Assembly: GCA_008690995.1 (NCBI GenBank)
Contig: VRMN01000001.1
Span: 930,001-994,000, forward strand
DNA length: 64,000 bases
Reading direction: 5' to 3'
DNA from: Porphyridium purpureum
Lineage: Eukaryota
Both the position numbers and the translations under genes were made by a program. The notes beneath the pieces were generated by a model. The model was not told the DNA's origin, did not search any database, and worked only from the letters and a program-made list of their open reading frames with translations. This document shows, one piece after another, positions 10,802-21,535 of the stretch; position 1 is the first letter of the stretch; every line of letters starts with the position of its first letter.

Positions 10802-11433
10802 ATGGTCGCGTGGCCAAGATTGTGAGTGCAGGTGCGTGATCGCGTGTCACGTCACCTGCATCGGTCGCTAGTTTTCGAATATTCTAGTTGTCCATCCTCG
10901 ACTAATTAACTTGAGCGGGACGTGTTCATGGTGTATCTTGTTCCGGGAGTAAGCGCTGTGTAGATTTCGTGCGTTGCACGAAGCGCAGGACGTGCGCATG
11001 GGCCTTTGTCGTTTCGCCCCTTTGGCACTTGATGGCACATGAAAGACAGTGCTCCTTGTGAGTTAAAATGTTAAGCGTGAGTGTGATAAAGAATGATAAT
11101 AGTCTTGTGTGCGTGTCGCGTGAGTTGCCGTGAACAAGAAAACATACGACCGAAAGGAGTTGAATTTTATACGAGAAACCCACCCTCTTTGAACTTGCTG
11201 ATGAAGTAAGCACCGACCAGACACAGTGGGAATGTCTGCCCAAAAGTATTCGTCGTGTTCTTCTAAAACAACATCTCGGGTTAAACCGTAATGCGATATA
11301 CATGCTCCGATTTCGAGCGCAAAGGAGCAGAAAACATGAATCGCGCTGCGACACCAGGACGGTAGGATTGGCGCTCGAGATCGAGAAGCCTCAACCCCGT
11401 GAAAAAGCAGCCGAGCTCGCGAACACATCAAAT

Positions 11434-13503
11434 CTAGACGAGCAGCGCATCTGAAGCAGAAATACGGATGCTGCCGTACGGTGTGGACTGCTCGAGGTGC
11501 ACGTAGCCTTGAGCCGACAGTGCCAGCATGGACGCAAACAGACGCGCGGCAGCTCGCCTGTCGCACTGGGACGCGAGCGTGCCAAAGATATGTTCATCAC
11601 GCTTGGTCACGAGCGTGCGCTTCAGGAAAGCCAAAATCTGAGCTGCGACGGTTTGCTGGCCTGTGTGCAAGGGCGCCGTTAGTCCAGCTGCGGTGGGCCG
11701 CCCCTCTGTCATCTCCTGCAGCTCGAATTCCAAGGTTTCTACCTCCACATTGGGTGTCTCGAAGTCGCCTTCCAGTTCAGTGCGACTTAGTCCTGCGCGC
11801 TGAGAGTATCCGGGATCTAGTAATGCAAGCAAAAGCTCATTTGAGATCGCACCCGGTGGGGCCGGATTCTCTGACGCTGGTACCGCTCGGACGGGAAGAG
11901 ACGGAGACACATCGGGTAGATCGTATTCTGCGCGAAAAGGGTCGAACTGCTCAAATGAGTCCCGCGCAGGAAGCGCCATGGCCTCGACTTCACGTTCGCG
12001 TCCTACCCGGCGCATGCGATCGACAGACAGCTCATGGGAGTGGACTGGGGTAAAGTCCAGATCAGGAGCGGTGGCCTCTGATCCCATGGAACGAGCACGT
12101 CTCGTCTCAATACTGCTCAGGAGCTCCTCCTGCTCAGCGCCGGCACTTCGTACTGCCGGGCTGTGGCTCTCGAATTCGAGTTCAGGCACCACCGCTACAG
12201 TTGCTGCCGGTCCGTGAGCCACCGTCGCTGCCGGACGAGGAAGAGCTTCTGACAGCATGTTCATCATTGCGGCGAGCGGATGAAGCCTATCTGAGTCAGG
12301 TGGCATTTGATAGACATTGTGCGGCATGAGCGGAAGCGGCATACCCATCTTGGGAATCACAGAAGGCGGGATCGTGATTACGCGCAGGAGATCGACTGTC
12401 AACGTGATGTCCTTGGTCGACTGCAAACACGCTCGCAAGAATTTAGCATCCAGTTCCACTGGTTCCTCCGCGTGTTGAGCACTCACTCGACGACGCTTGC
12501 TTGCCAATAAGTTGGCACGTTCCTCTTCCGGCTCGCGATGCCCTACAGGCGTTTGCTCAGCTCCCTGAGTCCTTTCTGTGACCCCCTCGAGCGGTTTAGA
12601 GGCTGCTAGCTGAAGATCCCTTGCCTGGTGCTCGATAGACATTTGCAGAGGCGACGCCGCTGCGCCGGCTCCCGCAGTTGTGGACGATCCGTGAGATGCA
12701 GAAAAGCCGGCGGGCTCCGTCAAGTCAGCCTCGGATAGGTTCAAGCTCTCACGCGGCATTCCAAAGCCAGCGTCCCACGGATCCGCTGCATTGGCAAACA
12801 GTGCTGCGCTCGCGGCCGAGGAGCGATTATCCATATCCAGACGTGATTCATGCGGCTGGTGGCCAAGCAGCGTGATATCGGCCTCGTTAGCTGTAAAAGG
12901 TACCTTCTTTCGGTGCAAACCTGTGGCACCTTCGGGAACAATTTGGTGCTCCTCCTCGTCGCCGAGGGAAGATTCTGCATATCGGTGCGGCTTTTTCGCT
13001 TGCCTGTCCAGGCGCGTCGGCCTGCCCGTGGCACGCTCGTCTGTAGTGCTTGCGAAATTACCGTCCATGGCCATTTCGTCCACGAAAAAATCGATATCGA
13101 GCAAGTGCTCCGGGTCCAAATTGGCAATGCCCGACGGACGCATCAGGGTAATGACATCCTGTCGAGCCTGCAAGTCGGCGCGCCGACCCGCGCCGAGCAA
13201 GAGCTCGCCTGGTCCAGACGCTATTCCAAGGGACTTCGAGCGCCTCAAGTGGGCCAGAGACTCGCTTGCGTCAGTGAGCACGAGCGTGCACTTTTTTTCA
13301 TACACGCGACACACACCGAACATGAGTTGCGACGACAGGCGCAGCGCGAGCGGCTCTGGCGGAGCACAAATACTTTCGCATAGCGTCGAGATATCTGCCT
13401 CGAGTGCGAATTTCTTGGTCACCTTTTCCTTTCCCATGCAGCTTGCAATCCAGACCTTTGCCAGCGGCCCGCGCCGCGTCAGAATCTCGGACGAGTAGAA
13501 CAT
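11434..13503 (-). CDS. Cohesin alpha-kleisin (Rad21/Rec8 family, Rec8-like)
   Basis: N-terminus MFYSSEILTRRGPLAKVWIA...LALRLSSQLMFGVCRVY; C-terminal winged helix RRAAARLFASMLAL...LEQSTPYGSIRI. Confidence 0.9.
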   Translation of the reverse strand: MFYSSEILTRRGPLAKVWIASCMGKEKVTKKFALEADISTLCESICAPPEPLALRLSSQLMFGVCRVYEKKCTLVLTDASESLAHLRRSKSLGIASGPGELLLGAGRRADLQARQDVITLMRPSGIANLDPEHLLDIDFFVDEMAMDGNFASTTDERATGRPTRLDRQAKKPHRYAESSLGDEEEHQIVPEGATGLHRKKVPFTANEADITLLGHQPHESRLDMDNRSSAASAALFANAADPWDAGFGMPRESLNLSEADLTEPAGFSASHGSSTTAGAGAAASPLQMSIEHQARDLQLAASKPLEGVTERTQGAEQTPVGHREPEEERANLLASKRRRVSAQHAEEPVELDAKFLRACLQSTKDITLTVDLLRVITIPPSVIPKMGMPLPLMPHNVYQMPPDSDRLHPLAAMMNMLSEALPRPAATVAHGPAATVAVVPELEFESHSPAVRSAGAEQEELLSSIETRRARSMGSEATAPDLDFTPVHSHELSVDRMRRVGREREVEAMALPARDSFEQFDPFRAEYDLPDVSPSLPVRAVPASENPAPPGAISNELLLALLDPGYSQRAGLSRTELEGDFETPNVEVETLEFELQEMTEGRPTAAGLTAPLHTGQQTVAAQILAFLKRTLVTKRDEHIFGTLASQCDRRAAARLFASMLALSAQGYVHLEQSTPYGSIRISASDALLV

Positions 13504-14051
13504 GGTGAGCAGCAGCCGGCACGCGCTTTCGCGACCCCCGATCCACACACGCCGCACAATCAATCACAAGTCACTCCCCGCTCTCATCAACGCCGTGGCC
13601 GCGCTCGTGCGGTGTCATTCCCCGCACGCGTTTTTCGCGCGCGCGTGTCTGCATGCCGAATCATGATCGAACGCGGAGATTCCCGCCGCATGTCCGCTTT
13701 TCAGCGCGGCCACGACGCATTCGGCGCACGTTTTCCGGAAATGCTGCTTCATCCGTGAGAAAACAAAAGAAGAAGAACAAAATCCGGCTGCGAAACACGT
13801 GCGCGTGACGCCGAGTGCTGCGAAAAACCGCGCGCACACTTCGGAGCAAGCGAGTCGGGACTTTGTCGAGGCGCCGCTTCGCTGCGCGCACGAACCGACG
13901 CACTGACCCGAAACGCGCGGACCGTGCACGTCATGGCTGAGGTACAGTGCGGTTCAGTTCGATTGGAGTAACCCTAGGCGTGACCTGTCTGTGGCGAGGA
14001 TGAGCGTGGAGGAATGCAGGGGCGGGACGGAAGGGTCCACAGCCTGCGGGG

Positions 14052-15431
14052 ATGGAGGAGGAGAAGCATGAGATTGTGATTGTCGGGGCCGGCCTGGCGG
14101 GCAGCCTGCTGGCGTTGATGCTAGCGCAGCGCGGCAAGCACGTGCGTGTTTTCGAGTACCGCGATGACCCGCGTCGCGCGGCCGGCGGCAAGGAGCGCGC
14201 GCGCTCAATCAACCTGGCGCTGTCGACGCGCGGGCTGACAGCGCTGAATAAGGCCGGCTTGGAGGAGCGGCTGCGCGAGATCGGCGTGCCCATGCATGGG
14301 CGATGCTTGCATTCCGTGGCTGGCACGACTGAGCTGCAGAGGTATGGCCAGCAGGGCCAGTACTTGCTTTCGGTATCGCGAAGCAGGTTGAATGAGGTGC
14401 TGATCGACGCCGCTGCGCAATACGGTGATCATGTCAGCATTTCGTTTGGACAAAAGTGCGAAACTGCTGATCTGGATACCGGCACGCTCGAGTTTGGCGC
14501 CAGATCAGGTACAAAGGCGGCACGCACCCGAGTGCAAGCGAAGCACATTATCGGTGCAGATGGTTCCTTTTCTCGTGTGCGGGGTGCCATGCAGAAAAAG
14601 GACCGCTTCAATTTCCAGCAGAGCTACTTGCCAGCAGGTTACAAAGAGCTGAGCATTCCGCCAGGCCCACAGGGCGAGTACCAAATGGAACCGCACGCGC
14701 TGCATATCTGGCCGCGCCACAAGTTCATGCTCATTGCACTTCCAAACCTGGATGGATCATTCACCTGCACGCTTTTCATGGACTTTGAAGGCCCGCAAAG
14801 CTTTGCCGCGCTCAAGACCGAGCAAGACGTAGAAGCGTTCTTTCGGGCACACTTCAAAGACGCGCTGCCGCTGATGCCCACGCTAGTGGAGGACTTTTTT
14901 GCCAACCCGACACCATCACTGGTGACCATTCGCTGCGATCCGTTCCACCACATGGACCGTGCGCTTCTCATCGGGGATGCAGCGCACGCAATTGTGCCCT
15001 TCTTCGGCCAGGGCATCAATGCTGGCTTTGAAGACGTGCGCATTCTAACGGAGCTCATGGACAGCCACGAGGCCAACGCAGGGTTTGACGAAGCTCTGTT
15101 TCGGTCATATACTGCTGCGCGCAAGGAAAACGCCGATGCGATCGCGGATCTTGCTTTGAGTAACTATGACGAGATGGCGTCGAAAACTGCTAGTGCGTGG
15201 TTTCGTGTGCGCCGACGAATGGGTCTGCTGCTAAACAAAGTCGCTCCGGGTGCGTTCATGCCACTCTATAGCATGATCTCCTTCAGTAACATTCCGTACG
15301 CGGAATCCGTGCGCAGATCGAAGATGCAGGAGGAGCGCATCAAGTCTATACTCTTTGCGTCTGGTGCCCTCGTGCTGGGCGCGACTGCATGCCTTGCCGG
15401 TGCGCGGCATTTAGTGACCAGCCGACGATGA
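14052..15431 (+). CDS. KMO: Kynurenine 3-monooxygenase
   Basis: FAD-binding GAGLAG, RSINLALSTRG, LHIWPR, GDAAHAIVPFFGQGINAGFED, and a C-terminal TM anchor. Confidence 0.95.
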   Translation: MEEEKHEIVIVGAGLAGSLLALMLAQRGKHVRVFEYRDDPRRAAGGKERARSINLALSTRGLTALNKAGLEERLREIGVPMHGRCLHSVAGTTELQRYGQQGQYLLSVSRSRLNEVLIDAAAQYGDHVSISFGQKCETADLDTGTLEFGARSGTKAARTRVQAKHIIGADGSFSRVRGAMQKKDRFNFQQSYLPAGYKELSIPPGPQGEYQMEPHALHIWPRHKFMLIALPNLDGSFTCTLFMDFEGPQSFAALKTEQDVEAFFRAHFKDALPLMPTLVEDFFANPTPSLVTIRCDPFHHMDRALLIGDAAHAIVPFFGQGINAGFEDVRILTELMDSHEANAGFDEALFRSYTAARKENADAIADLALSNYDEMASKTASAWFRVRRRMGLLLNKVAPGAFMPLYSMISFSNIPYAESVRRSKMQEERIKSILFASGALVLGATACLAGARHLVTSRR

Positions 15432-15614
15432 GCAGAAGAGAAACATGAACCATCTTTTAGCATCACTGCACGTAAATGTACGACGAGCACACCACCATCA
15501 CAGTCACCATCACCACCAATGTCACCGCCATCCACGGACCAGCAGAACGGGAACGAGGTAGACGTTGGGCGCGATCATTTCCTGAGCATGTTGCGAAGCG
15601 AAGAGGAATAGCTC

Positions 15615-16562
15615 ATGCCTGCGTATCCCCTGCGATGGTGGTTGGCCCTCGCAGCAGCCGTCATCCAATCAGCCCTCTGCGTTGCGCTCTTGCTTAAACT
15701 TTTGAACGAGTCGCAGGAGCTGTTTGCCGGGCTCCAAGTCTATGCTGACGTCACGGACAAGAATGTGGCGCAGCGCGCGCTCGCGTTCACAACACAGAGC
15801 GTGGAACAGCAATCTCAGAGAGTGCTGAAGGCGATGCAGAGTGATCAGTGTTATGACAAACAGTTGCGACGTGCATGCAAGGCGTATTGTCCTGCAGGTC
15901 TGGATCCCGCAACGCGCCGTCCAGGAGGAAGATTTCTGAACGTCATAGTGTCACATGAGCACAAGCTGATTTATCTAGAAGTTCACAAGGCGGCATCGAC
16001 CACCGTGCGGTTACTTTTGAAGCGCGCTCTTGGCATCGACCTGGATACCGCAATGATAAAGAGCAATCGGCTCGATCCATCTGTATTTGACCGGTATTTC
16101 ATATTTACGTTCGTGCGCGACCCGCTGCCGAGATTCACATCGTCTCACGACGAGTACAAACAGCAGCGAAGGAAAAGAAACGCATCTCTTACCGTCAATG
16201 AGCTCGCGTCACTCACACAATCCCTGGCGTTACTGGAAGCCGGCGTGAGACTGAACAATCATTTCGCAACTCAAATAAGCGAGATCGAAGGAACCCGAAG
16301 CGATGGACGCCCTATTCCGATCACTTTCATAGGGCACGTCGAATCTTTCGATCGCGACTTTGCGTACGTCATGACAAAATTGGGACGCAAGCCGATCTCT
16401 CAGATTTTGCCAGCAAATGTCAAGCCAGCAAGCCATCGCACCGGCTGGGAGGCTGTCTCAAATGATCTACAGAAGCGCGTTTGCCGCGTATACATGCTGG
16501 ACTTTGTGTGTCTGGGATTTAGCTTGCCGCCTGTATGCGACGAGAAGGATGGCATGATGTGA
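15615..16562 (+). CDS. Golgi-type carbohydrate sulfotransferase (Sulfotransfer_2/CHST-like), type II membrane
   Basis: N-terminal TM helix; 5'-PSB-like VHKAASTT; 3'-PB-like FTFVRDPLPRFTSS; HFATQ; FIGHVESFDRDF. Confidence 0.85.
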   Translation: MPAYPLRWWLALAAAVIQSALCVALLLKLLNESQELFAGLQVYADVTDKNVAQRALAFTTQSVEQQSQRVLKAMQSDQCYDKQLRRACKAYCPAGLDPATRRPGGRFLNVIVSHEHKLIYLEVHKAASTTVRLLLKRALGIDLDTAMIKSNRLDPSVFDRYFIFTFVRDPLPRFTSSHDEYKQQRRKRNASLTVNELASLTQSLALLEAGVRLNNHFATQISEIEGTRSDGRPIPITFIGHVESFDRDFAYVMTKLGRKPISQILPANVKPASHRTGWEAVSNDLQKRVCRVYMLDFVCLGFSLPPVCDEKDGMM

Positions 16563-16568
16563 AGGAAT

Positions 16569-17435
16569 TCACGCCACGTCAGTTCGAGATAATGAGGCTT
16601 CCAAGGCCAGTCGCACAGGCTGATACGACCTGCGATGAATGGGGCATGGTCCCATCTCAACTAGCTTAGCTCGATGTACCGCAGTTGCATATCCCTTGTG
16701 CTTTGCAAATCCGTAGCCAGGATATTTTGCATCAAGGTTGACCATGATGCGATCGCGGAGAACCTTGGCGACAATACTCGCAGCGCTGATGCACAATACG
16801 GACCGGTCTCCTTTCGTTATCGCTCGAGCGCTCGTTGGGAAATCCGGCGGAACTTGGTTTCCATCAATGCACGAGACAATGGTCTCGTTCTCGTTGAAAA
16901 CAGTTTGAAGGTCCAGGAGCGATTGCGTTGCGCGACGCATCGCCTCGAATGTTGCTTGAAGAATATTATGCTCATCGATGAACTCGTGATGAACCACGTG
17001 ATGCGCGAAGATTACCCCGGGTGTTTGGCACAGTTGCTGGAACAACTTTTCGCGCTCTGCTTCGGACGTCACAAGCTTACTATCCTTGAGTCTTTCAATT
17101 GAGATTTCGAGAGGAAGATACGCACAGGCCGCGACCACTGGCCCTGCCAGACAGCCGCGGCCGGCTTCATCAATACCAAGCACGCGGCTGTACCCTGCGT
17201 TCAAGAGCTCTCGTTCCATTCGCCTTTGCTCGAGAGACTCTCGCTCCCAGTCACTTATGGACGCATAAAATGTCTTGTCCATGATACGTCCTCGACCCGC
17301 AGAAGACGAGACCGCACGATAACCCCGCGGAACGAGGGTCAGCATGGCGCGAGATGCCACGCAAGAATCGCCGACAAAGGATAAAGCGGCAGGAGCGCAA
17401 AAGCCAACTGATCGAGACCCCTTGGACTGGACCAT
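16569..17435 (-). CDS. rnhB: Ribonuclease HII, bacterial-type, with an organellar targeting extension
   Basis: GIDEAGRGCLAGPVVAA, LKDSK, IDGN, KGD...ISAASIVAKVLRD, YGFAKHKGY...IHRRSY. Confidence 0.93.
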   Translation of the reverse strand: MVQSKGSRSVGFCAPAALSFVGDSCVASRAMLTLVPRGYRAVSSSAGRGRIMDKTFYASISDWERESLEQRRMERELLNAGYSRVLGIDEAGRGCLAGPVVAACAYLPLEISIERLKDSKLVTSEAEREKLFQQLCQTPGVIFAHHVVHHEFIDEHNILQATFEAMRRATQSLLDLQTVFNENETIVSCIDGNQVPPDFPTSARAITKGDRSVLCISAASIVAKVLRDRIMVNLDAKYPGYGFAKHKGYATAVHRAKLVEMGPCPIHRRSYQPVRLALEASLSRTDVA

Positions 17436-17465
17436 GGCACGAGAATCTGGGGACAAGCAGCTTCG

Positions 17466-18356
17466 CTAATCAAGCAAATACGAATGAGATTGCCAGAAGG
17501 ATTCGGCGATGATATCCTGATGGATGCAGACCAAATTCTTCCTGAACGAGGCCTGGACCTTGCCACACCAATCACTGCAATGCTCCTCGTGTGCCACAAT
17601 TTCACAAGTACCTGTACCTGGGTCACTTCTCGATGTTTCTGTGCCAGGCGTCCGGCCTTTGGACGAGATCGTGTCTTCAGCCCCTTTTGCACCGCCGCCC
17701 GAAGCCTGGCGAAAGAGAAATGAACCCTTCCTGAAGATTTGAGGGAGCCTGTTATAGTTGATATCAAATCGCGAAAATAGCAGCTCGTTCTTCTGTGCAG
17801 TTTGTGTTCCTCGGAGAGCGCGCTGCGCGTCGCTTGGTTCTAGGCCGCTGTGCACGAGCGCCCAGAAGCATGTGTTGTACTGATTATTAATGTGCGCGTC
17901 GGCTTGCCGCCAGGACAGATAATGCCTCAGGTGCTGCGTCTGTGGATACACCACTACCCTGCCGTCAAAACTCGGCGGGTATTGCAAAGGGACCTCGTCG
18001 AAATACCTTGGCCAGTTCCACACGTACGCAGCTGTGAAGACGCTAGTGATCGACGACACGATCTTGCTCGCCCGCCGACCGTACAAATCGGCGCGTGGAG
18101 GCAATACGAAAGAGTACTCGTCACTGTGTCCGTAAGCACACACCACGGCGCCACCCAATTCTTCAAACACGCGCCCCGCCGCCGCATTCATCAGCGCCAG
18201 CCCGCGCAGGTCGTTTGGCTTGCGGAGCGCGTGCACGTCGGTGAAGCGCGAGAAGGCGCGGCCGTCGAGCCTCACGACCAGCCACGTGTCCGGAAGAAGC
18301 GCGTCCGCCCCTGGTAGCTCAAATGTCTTGACGTACTCGAAGCGCGATTTCGCCAT
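17466..18356 (-). CDS. THG1: tRNA(His) guanylyltransferase
   Basis: MAKSRFEYVK, VVRLDGRAF, AYGHSDEYSF, FDGRVVVYP, YLSWRQADAHINNQYNT. Confidence 0.96.
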   Translation of the reverse strand: MAKSRFEYVKTFELPGADALLPDTWLVVRLDGRAFSRFTDVHALRKPNDLRGLALMNAAAGRVFEELGGAVVCAYGHSDEYSFVLPPRADLYGRRASKIVSSITSVFTAAYVWNWPRYFDEVPLQYPPSFDGRVVVYPQTQHLRHYLSWRQADAHINNQYNTCFWALVHSGLEPSDAQRALRGTQTAQKNELLFSRFDINYNRLPQIFRKGSFLFRQASGGGAKGAEDTISSKGRTPGTETSRSDPGTGTCEIVAHEEHCSDWCGKVQASFRKNLVCIHQDIIAESFWQSHSYLLD

Positions 18357-18413
18357 GCCCACATGCGCCCGGTGACGGACCGGAGTGTGCTGGTGAACGG
18401 GAGCGCTGCAAAG

Positions 18414-19499
18414 ATGGCTGGTCGCCGAGGGGATGCGTATGATCGCGCCGCGCTCCTTCAAGCATGCAGAGAAGCGGAACGGCGTCTGAAAGGCCGTGTG
18501 CGATACACGGCCGTGCATGAGATGCTTGCGAGCGACTTGTTCCCGTCACAGCCCGCGCTGCCGCAATTTTCGAATGGCGACGAGACGCATGTGTTTTTCA
18601 AGCTCGAGACGCAGCAATTGAGCGGCTCGTTCAAGATCAGAGGCGCACTAAATGCAATTCTTCAGCTACCATCCGGCTCGCACGTGATTGCGCACAGTTC
18701 TGGGAATCATGCTGCAGCGGTGGCGCTCGCAGCGCGTGTCCATGACTGCGAAGCCACCATTGTGGTTCCTGCAAGTGCGCCACGTTGCAAGACTGACCTG
18801 GTGCGACAGTTTGGGGGACGACTAGAGTTCTGCGAGAACTCCATGGAAGCACGGGAGCAGAGAACCGAGGCATTACGTGAGATGATTCCTCATGCGCACG
18901 TTATTCCGCCGTTCAACGACGAACGTGTGATCGCTGGCCAGTCTACCATTGCGGCGGAGTTTTTGAGCCAAGTGCCAGACCTGGAGGCCATCATTGTGCC
19001 TGTTTCTGGTGGCGGCATGATCAGTGGGATTGCGCTGGTGGCCAAGCATTTCAATCCACAGATCAAGATCTACGCTGCAGAACCATGTGGTAAAACGGGC
19101 GACCGGGCCGACGTCTACAACGCACACCGACGTCCTGACGGTCTGGGCCCGTCGAGCACGGACACTTTCATAAGCCCAGACACGATCGCTGATGGGCTGC
19201 GTGCCACACCCGGCTCGATCACGTGGCCTATTATTAACGACCTGGTGGACGCGGTGATTGTGGTGGACGAAACCGAGATTGTCTCCGCCATGCAGATCTG
19301 CTTTGAGCAGCTCAAGCTGGTTGTGGAGCCGTCCAGCGCGGTCGGCGTGGCGGCCCTTCGCCAGGCGCTTCTGCTCCGCGGCACCACAGCCGCACACGCC
19401 CAGCCGCAGCTAGCATCGATGCACCGCATCGGCGTCATTCTGTGTGGCGCGAATGTCGACCTTGGCGCGTTGTGGCACGAGGCGAACGCGCATACGTGA
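18414..19499 (+). CDS. SRR: Serine racemase / serine-threonine dehydratase (PLP fold II)
   Basis: FKLETQQLSGSFKIRGA (PLP lysine), HSSGNHAAAVA, VPVSGGGMISG, TIADGLRA, VEPSSAV. Confidence 0.9.
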   Translation: MAGRRGDAYDRAALLQACREAERRLKGRVRYTAVHEMLASDLFPSQPALPQFSNGDETHVFFKLETQQLSGSFKIRGALNAILQLPSGSHVIAHSSGNHAAAVALAARVHDCEATIVVPASAPRCKTDLVRQFGGRLEFCENSMEAREQRTEALREMIPHAHVIPPFNDERVIAGQSTIAAEFLSQVPDLEAIIVPVSGGGMISGIALVAKHFNPQIKIYAAEPCGKTGDRADVYNAHRRPDGLGPSSTDTFISPDTIADGLRATPGSITWPIINDLVDAVIVVDETEIVSAMQICFEQLKLVVEPSSAVGVAALRQALLLRGTTAAHAQPQLASMHRIGVILCGANVDLGALWHEANAHT

Positions 19500-19696
19500 G
19501 CGATTACTGTACTCCGCACTGTACCATATCACTTTGAACCGAACTCCGGCTCGCGCACGAATGCAGTATGAAAAACCGGGACCATTTTGTGATTTGCGCG
19601 TCGGGCATCTAAGAAAATGGCGAGAATCTGAAGAGCACGTTGGCGGGGCAGTTGTGCCAGGAGAGCGACGACGAGAGCGTGGTGGCAAGCTGAGTG

Positions 19697-21379
19697 ATGG
19701 CATTTGTCAGTGCGTGCATAAGCAAGCTGGGCGTCGCGTCGAGCTCATTTGGTTCAGATCGTCGGATCTTTGCGCAGCGGCGTCCGTCCGACGCGTGCAA
19801 CACGCGCCCGCGACGCGTGTGCGGCCGTCGCGCAACCTGCCCGTCGCTCAGCCTCACTGGTGGTGAGGCCGTCGTCAGCGTGGACATGGACAAGACAAGT
19901 CAGCAGCGCCATGTGCGCGACTCCACCAAGAAGCTGGTGGAAATGCTGTTCGATGTGGGCGCCTTGAAGTTCGGCGAGTTCACGCTCAAGAGCGGCATCG
20001 TCTCACCGGTGTATGTGGACCTCCGCGTGACCGTTTCGCACCCTCAGCTGCTCAAACTTGTGGGGGAGGAGCTCTTGGAAACGGTCGCTACAGTTGACTA
20101 TGATCTACTTTGCGGGGTACCGTATACAGCGCTTCCGTTTGCAACCGCAATGTCGCTCCAGACTTCCAAGCCCATGCTCATGAGGAGGAAAGAGGCCAAG
20201 TCTTATGGAACTAAAAAACTCATAGAAGGTGAGTTTTCTGCCGGGCAAAGCTGCCTTGTTGTGGAGGATCTTGTCACGTCGGGCATGAGCGTCATGGAAA
20301 CAGTCACGCCGCTGCGAATGATGGATTTAACGGTCGACCATGTAGTGGTGCTCTTGGACCGCGAGCAAGGCGCAGAGGCCAACCTGACGCATGGCAAAGT
20401 CACCTTGCATTCGGCAATTACGATGAGCGAGGCGCTGTCAGCTTTGCAGGAATCTGGAAGAGTGTCAGCGGAGCAAGCCGACAAGGTGCTTGATTTTATT
20501 CGCGCAAATCGAGTGCGTTTGGATGCGTCCGGTGCGGTCGTGACGCGTGCAGTCAGCACATACAAGGGCCCTCTAAAAAGCTACGAGGATCGCGCCCTGA
20601 ATGACGTGGCTAACCCCGTCGCGAGGCGCTTGCTCAACATAATGGCCTCGAAGCAGTCGAATTTGTGCTTGTCTGCAGACGTCAACACGGTCGAGGAGCT
20701 GATCGAGCTTGCTGAGACTGTTGGTGCCGAAATCTGCGCGCTCAAAACACACGCTGATATTTTGACGGACTGGGACGCGAACAGCGGCAAGCGTATACTA
20801 GACGTGGCACGGCATCACAATTTTTTGATATTCGAGGACCGCAAGTTTGCTGATATCGGAAACACTGTGATCAAGCAGGGCGCTGCAGGCGTGCATAAAA
20901 TTACCGAATGGGCAGATATCATCAATGCTCACCCGGTTCCCGGGCCCAATATTGTGCAGGGTCTCAGGCAGGCGGCAGATAAGTACGGCCGCGAAATTGG
21001 CCTGCTGCTGCTGGCCGAAATGAGCTCGAAGGGTAATTTTCCCAGTGCGCTCGATGGGTATGCGAAGTTGACGTACGAGATCGCGGAGAAGGAACCAGAT
21101 TTTGTCTTTGGGTTCATTGCCATGGGAAGCATCTCTTCCCCGGCGGACCGTGAAAAATACATCGTCATGACTCCGGGAGTTCAGATGAGGGAAGGTGGCG
21201 ATCAGTTTGGCCAGCAGTATGTGACACCGCAGAAAGTTATTGCAGAGAATGGAAGCGATGTGATCATCGTGGGCCGCGGAATCTATCGGGCAGATGACCC
21301 ACTCGAAGCCGCGCGTGCGTATCGAGACGAAGGCTGGAAGGCATACCTATCTCGTCTGCAGCGACAGAGCAGCGAGTAG
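19697..21379 (+). CDS. UMPS: UMP synthase (OPRT + OMP decarboxylase) with an N-terminal transit-peptide-like extension
   Basis: [23 protein letters not shown] (PRPP loop), [23 protein letters not shown]. Confidence 0.96.
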   Translation: MAFVSACISKLGVASSSFGSDRRIFAQRRPSDACNTRPRRVCGRRATCPSLSLTGGEAVVSVDMDKTSQQRHVRDSTKKLVEMLFDVGALKFGEFTLKSGIVSPVYVDLRVTVSHPQLLKLVGEELLETVATVDYDLLCGVPYTALPFATAMSLQTSKPMLMRRKEAKSYGTKKLIEGEFSAGQSCLVVEDLVTSGMSVMETVTPLRMMDLTVDHVVVLLDREQGAEANLTHGKVTLHSAITMSEALSALQESGRVSAEQADKVLDFIRANRVRLDASGAVVTRAVSTYKGPLKSYEDRALNDVANPVARRLLNIMASKQSNLCLSADVNTVEELIELAETVGAEICALKTHADILTDWDANSGKRILDVARHHNFLIFEDRKFADIGNTVIKQGAAGVHKITEWADIINAHPVPGPNIVQGLRQAADKYGREIGLLLLAEMSSKGNFPSALDGYAKLTYEIAEKEPDFVFGFIAMGSISSPADREKYIVMTPGVQMREGGDQFGQQYVTPQKVIAENGSDVIIVGRGIYRADDPLEAARAYRDEGWKAYLSRLQRQSSE

Positions 21380-21535
21380 TTATCGACTACGTCCCATTCT
21401 CCTCGCACGCTATGTCATTTACAAAAAGGATTCTAGCTGACTCAAAAGGCGGTGTGCGTCGTCGAGGTCTCGTCATGATTTTCAGCACCGATAAAAGGAT
21501 TTCCCCACATGACTTGCCCGACCACGACGAGACAG

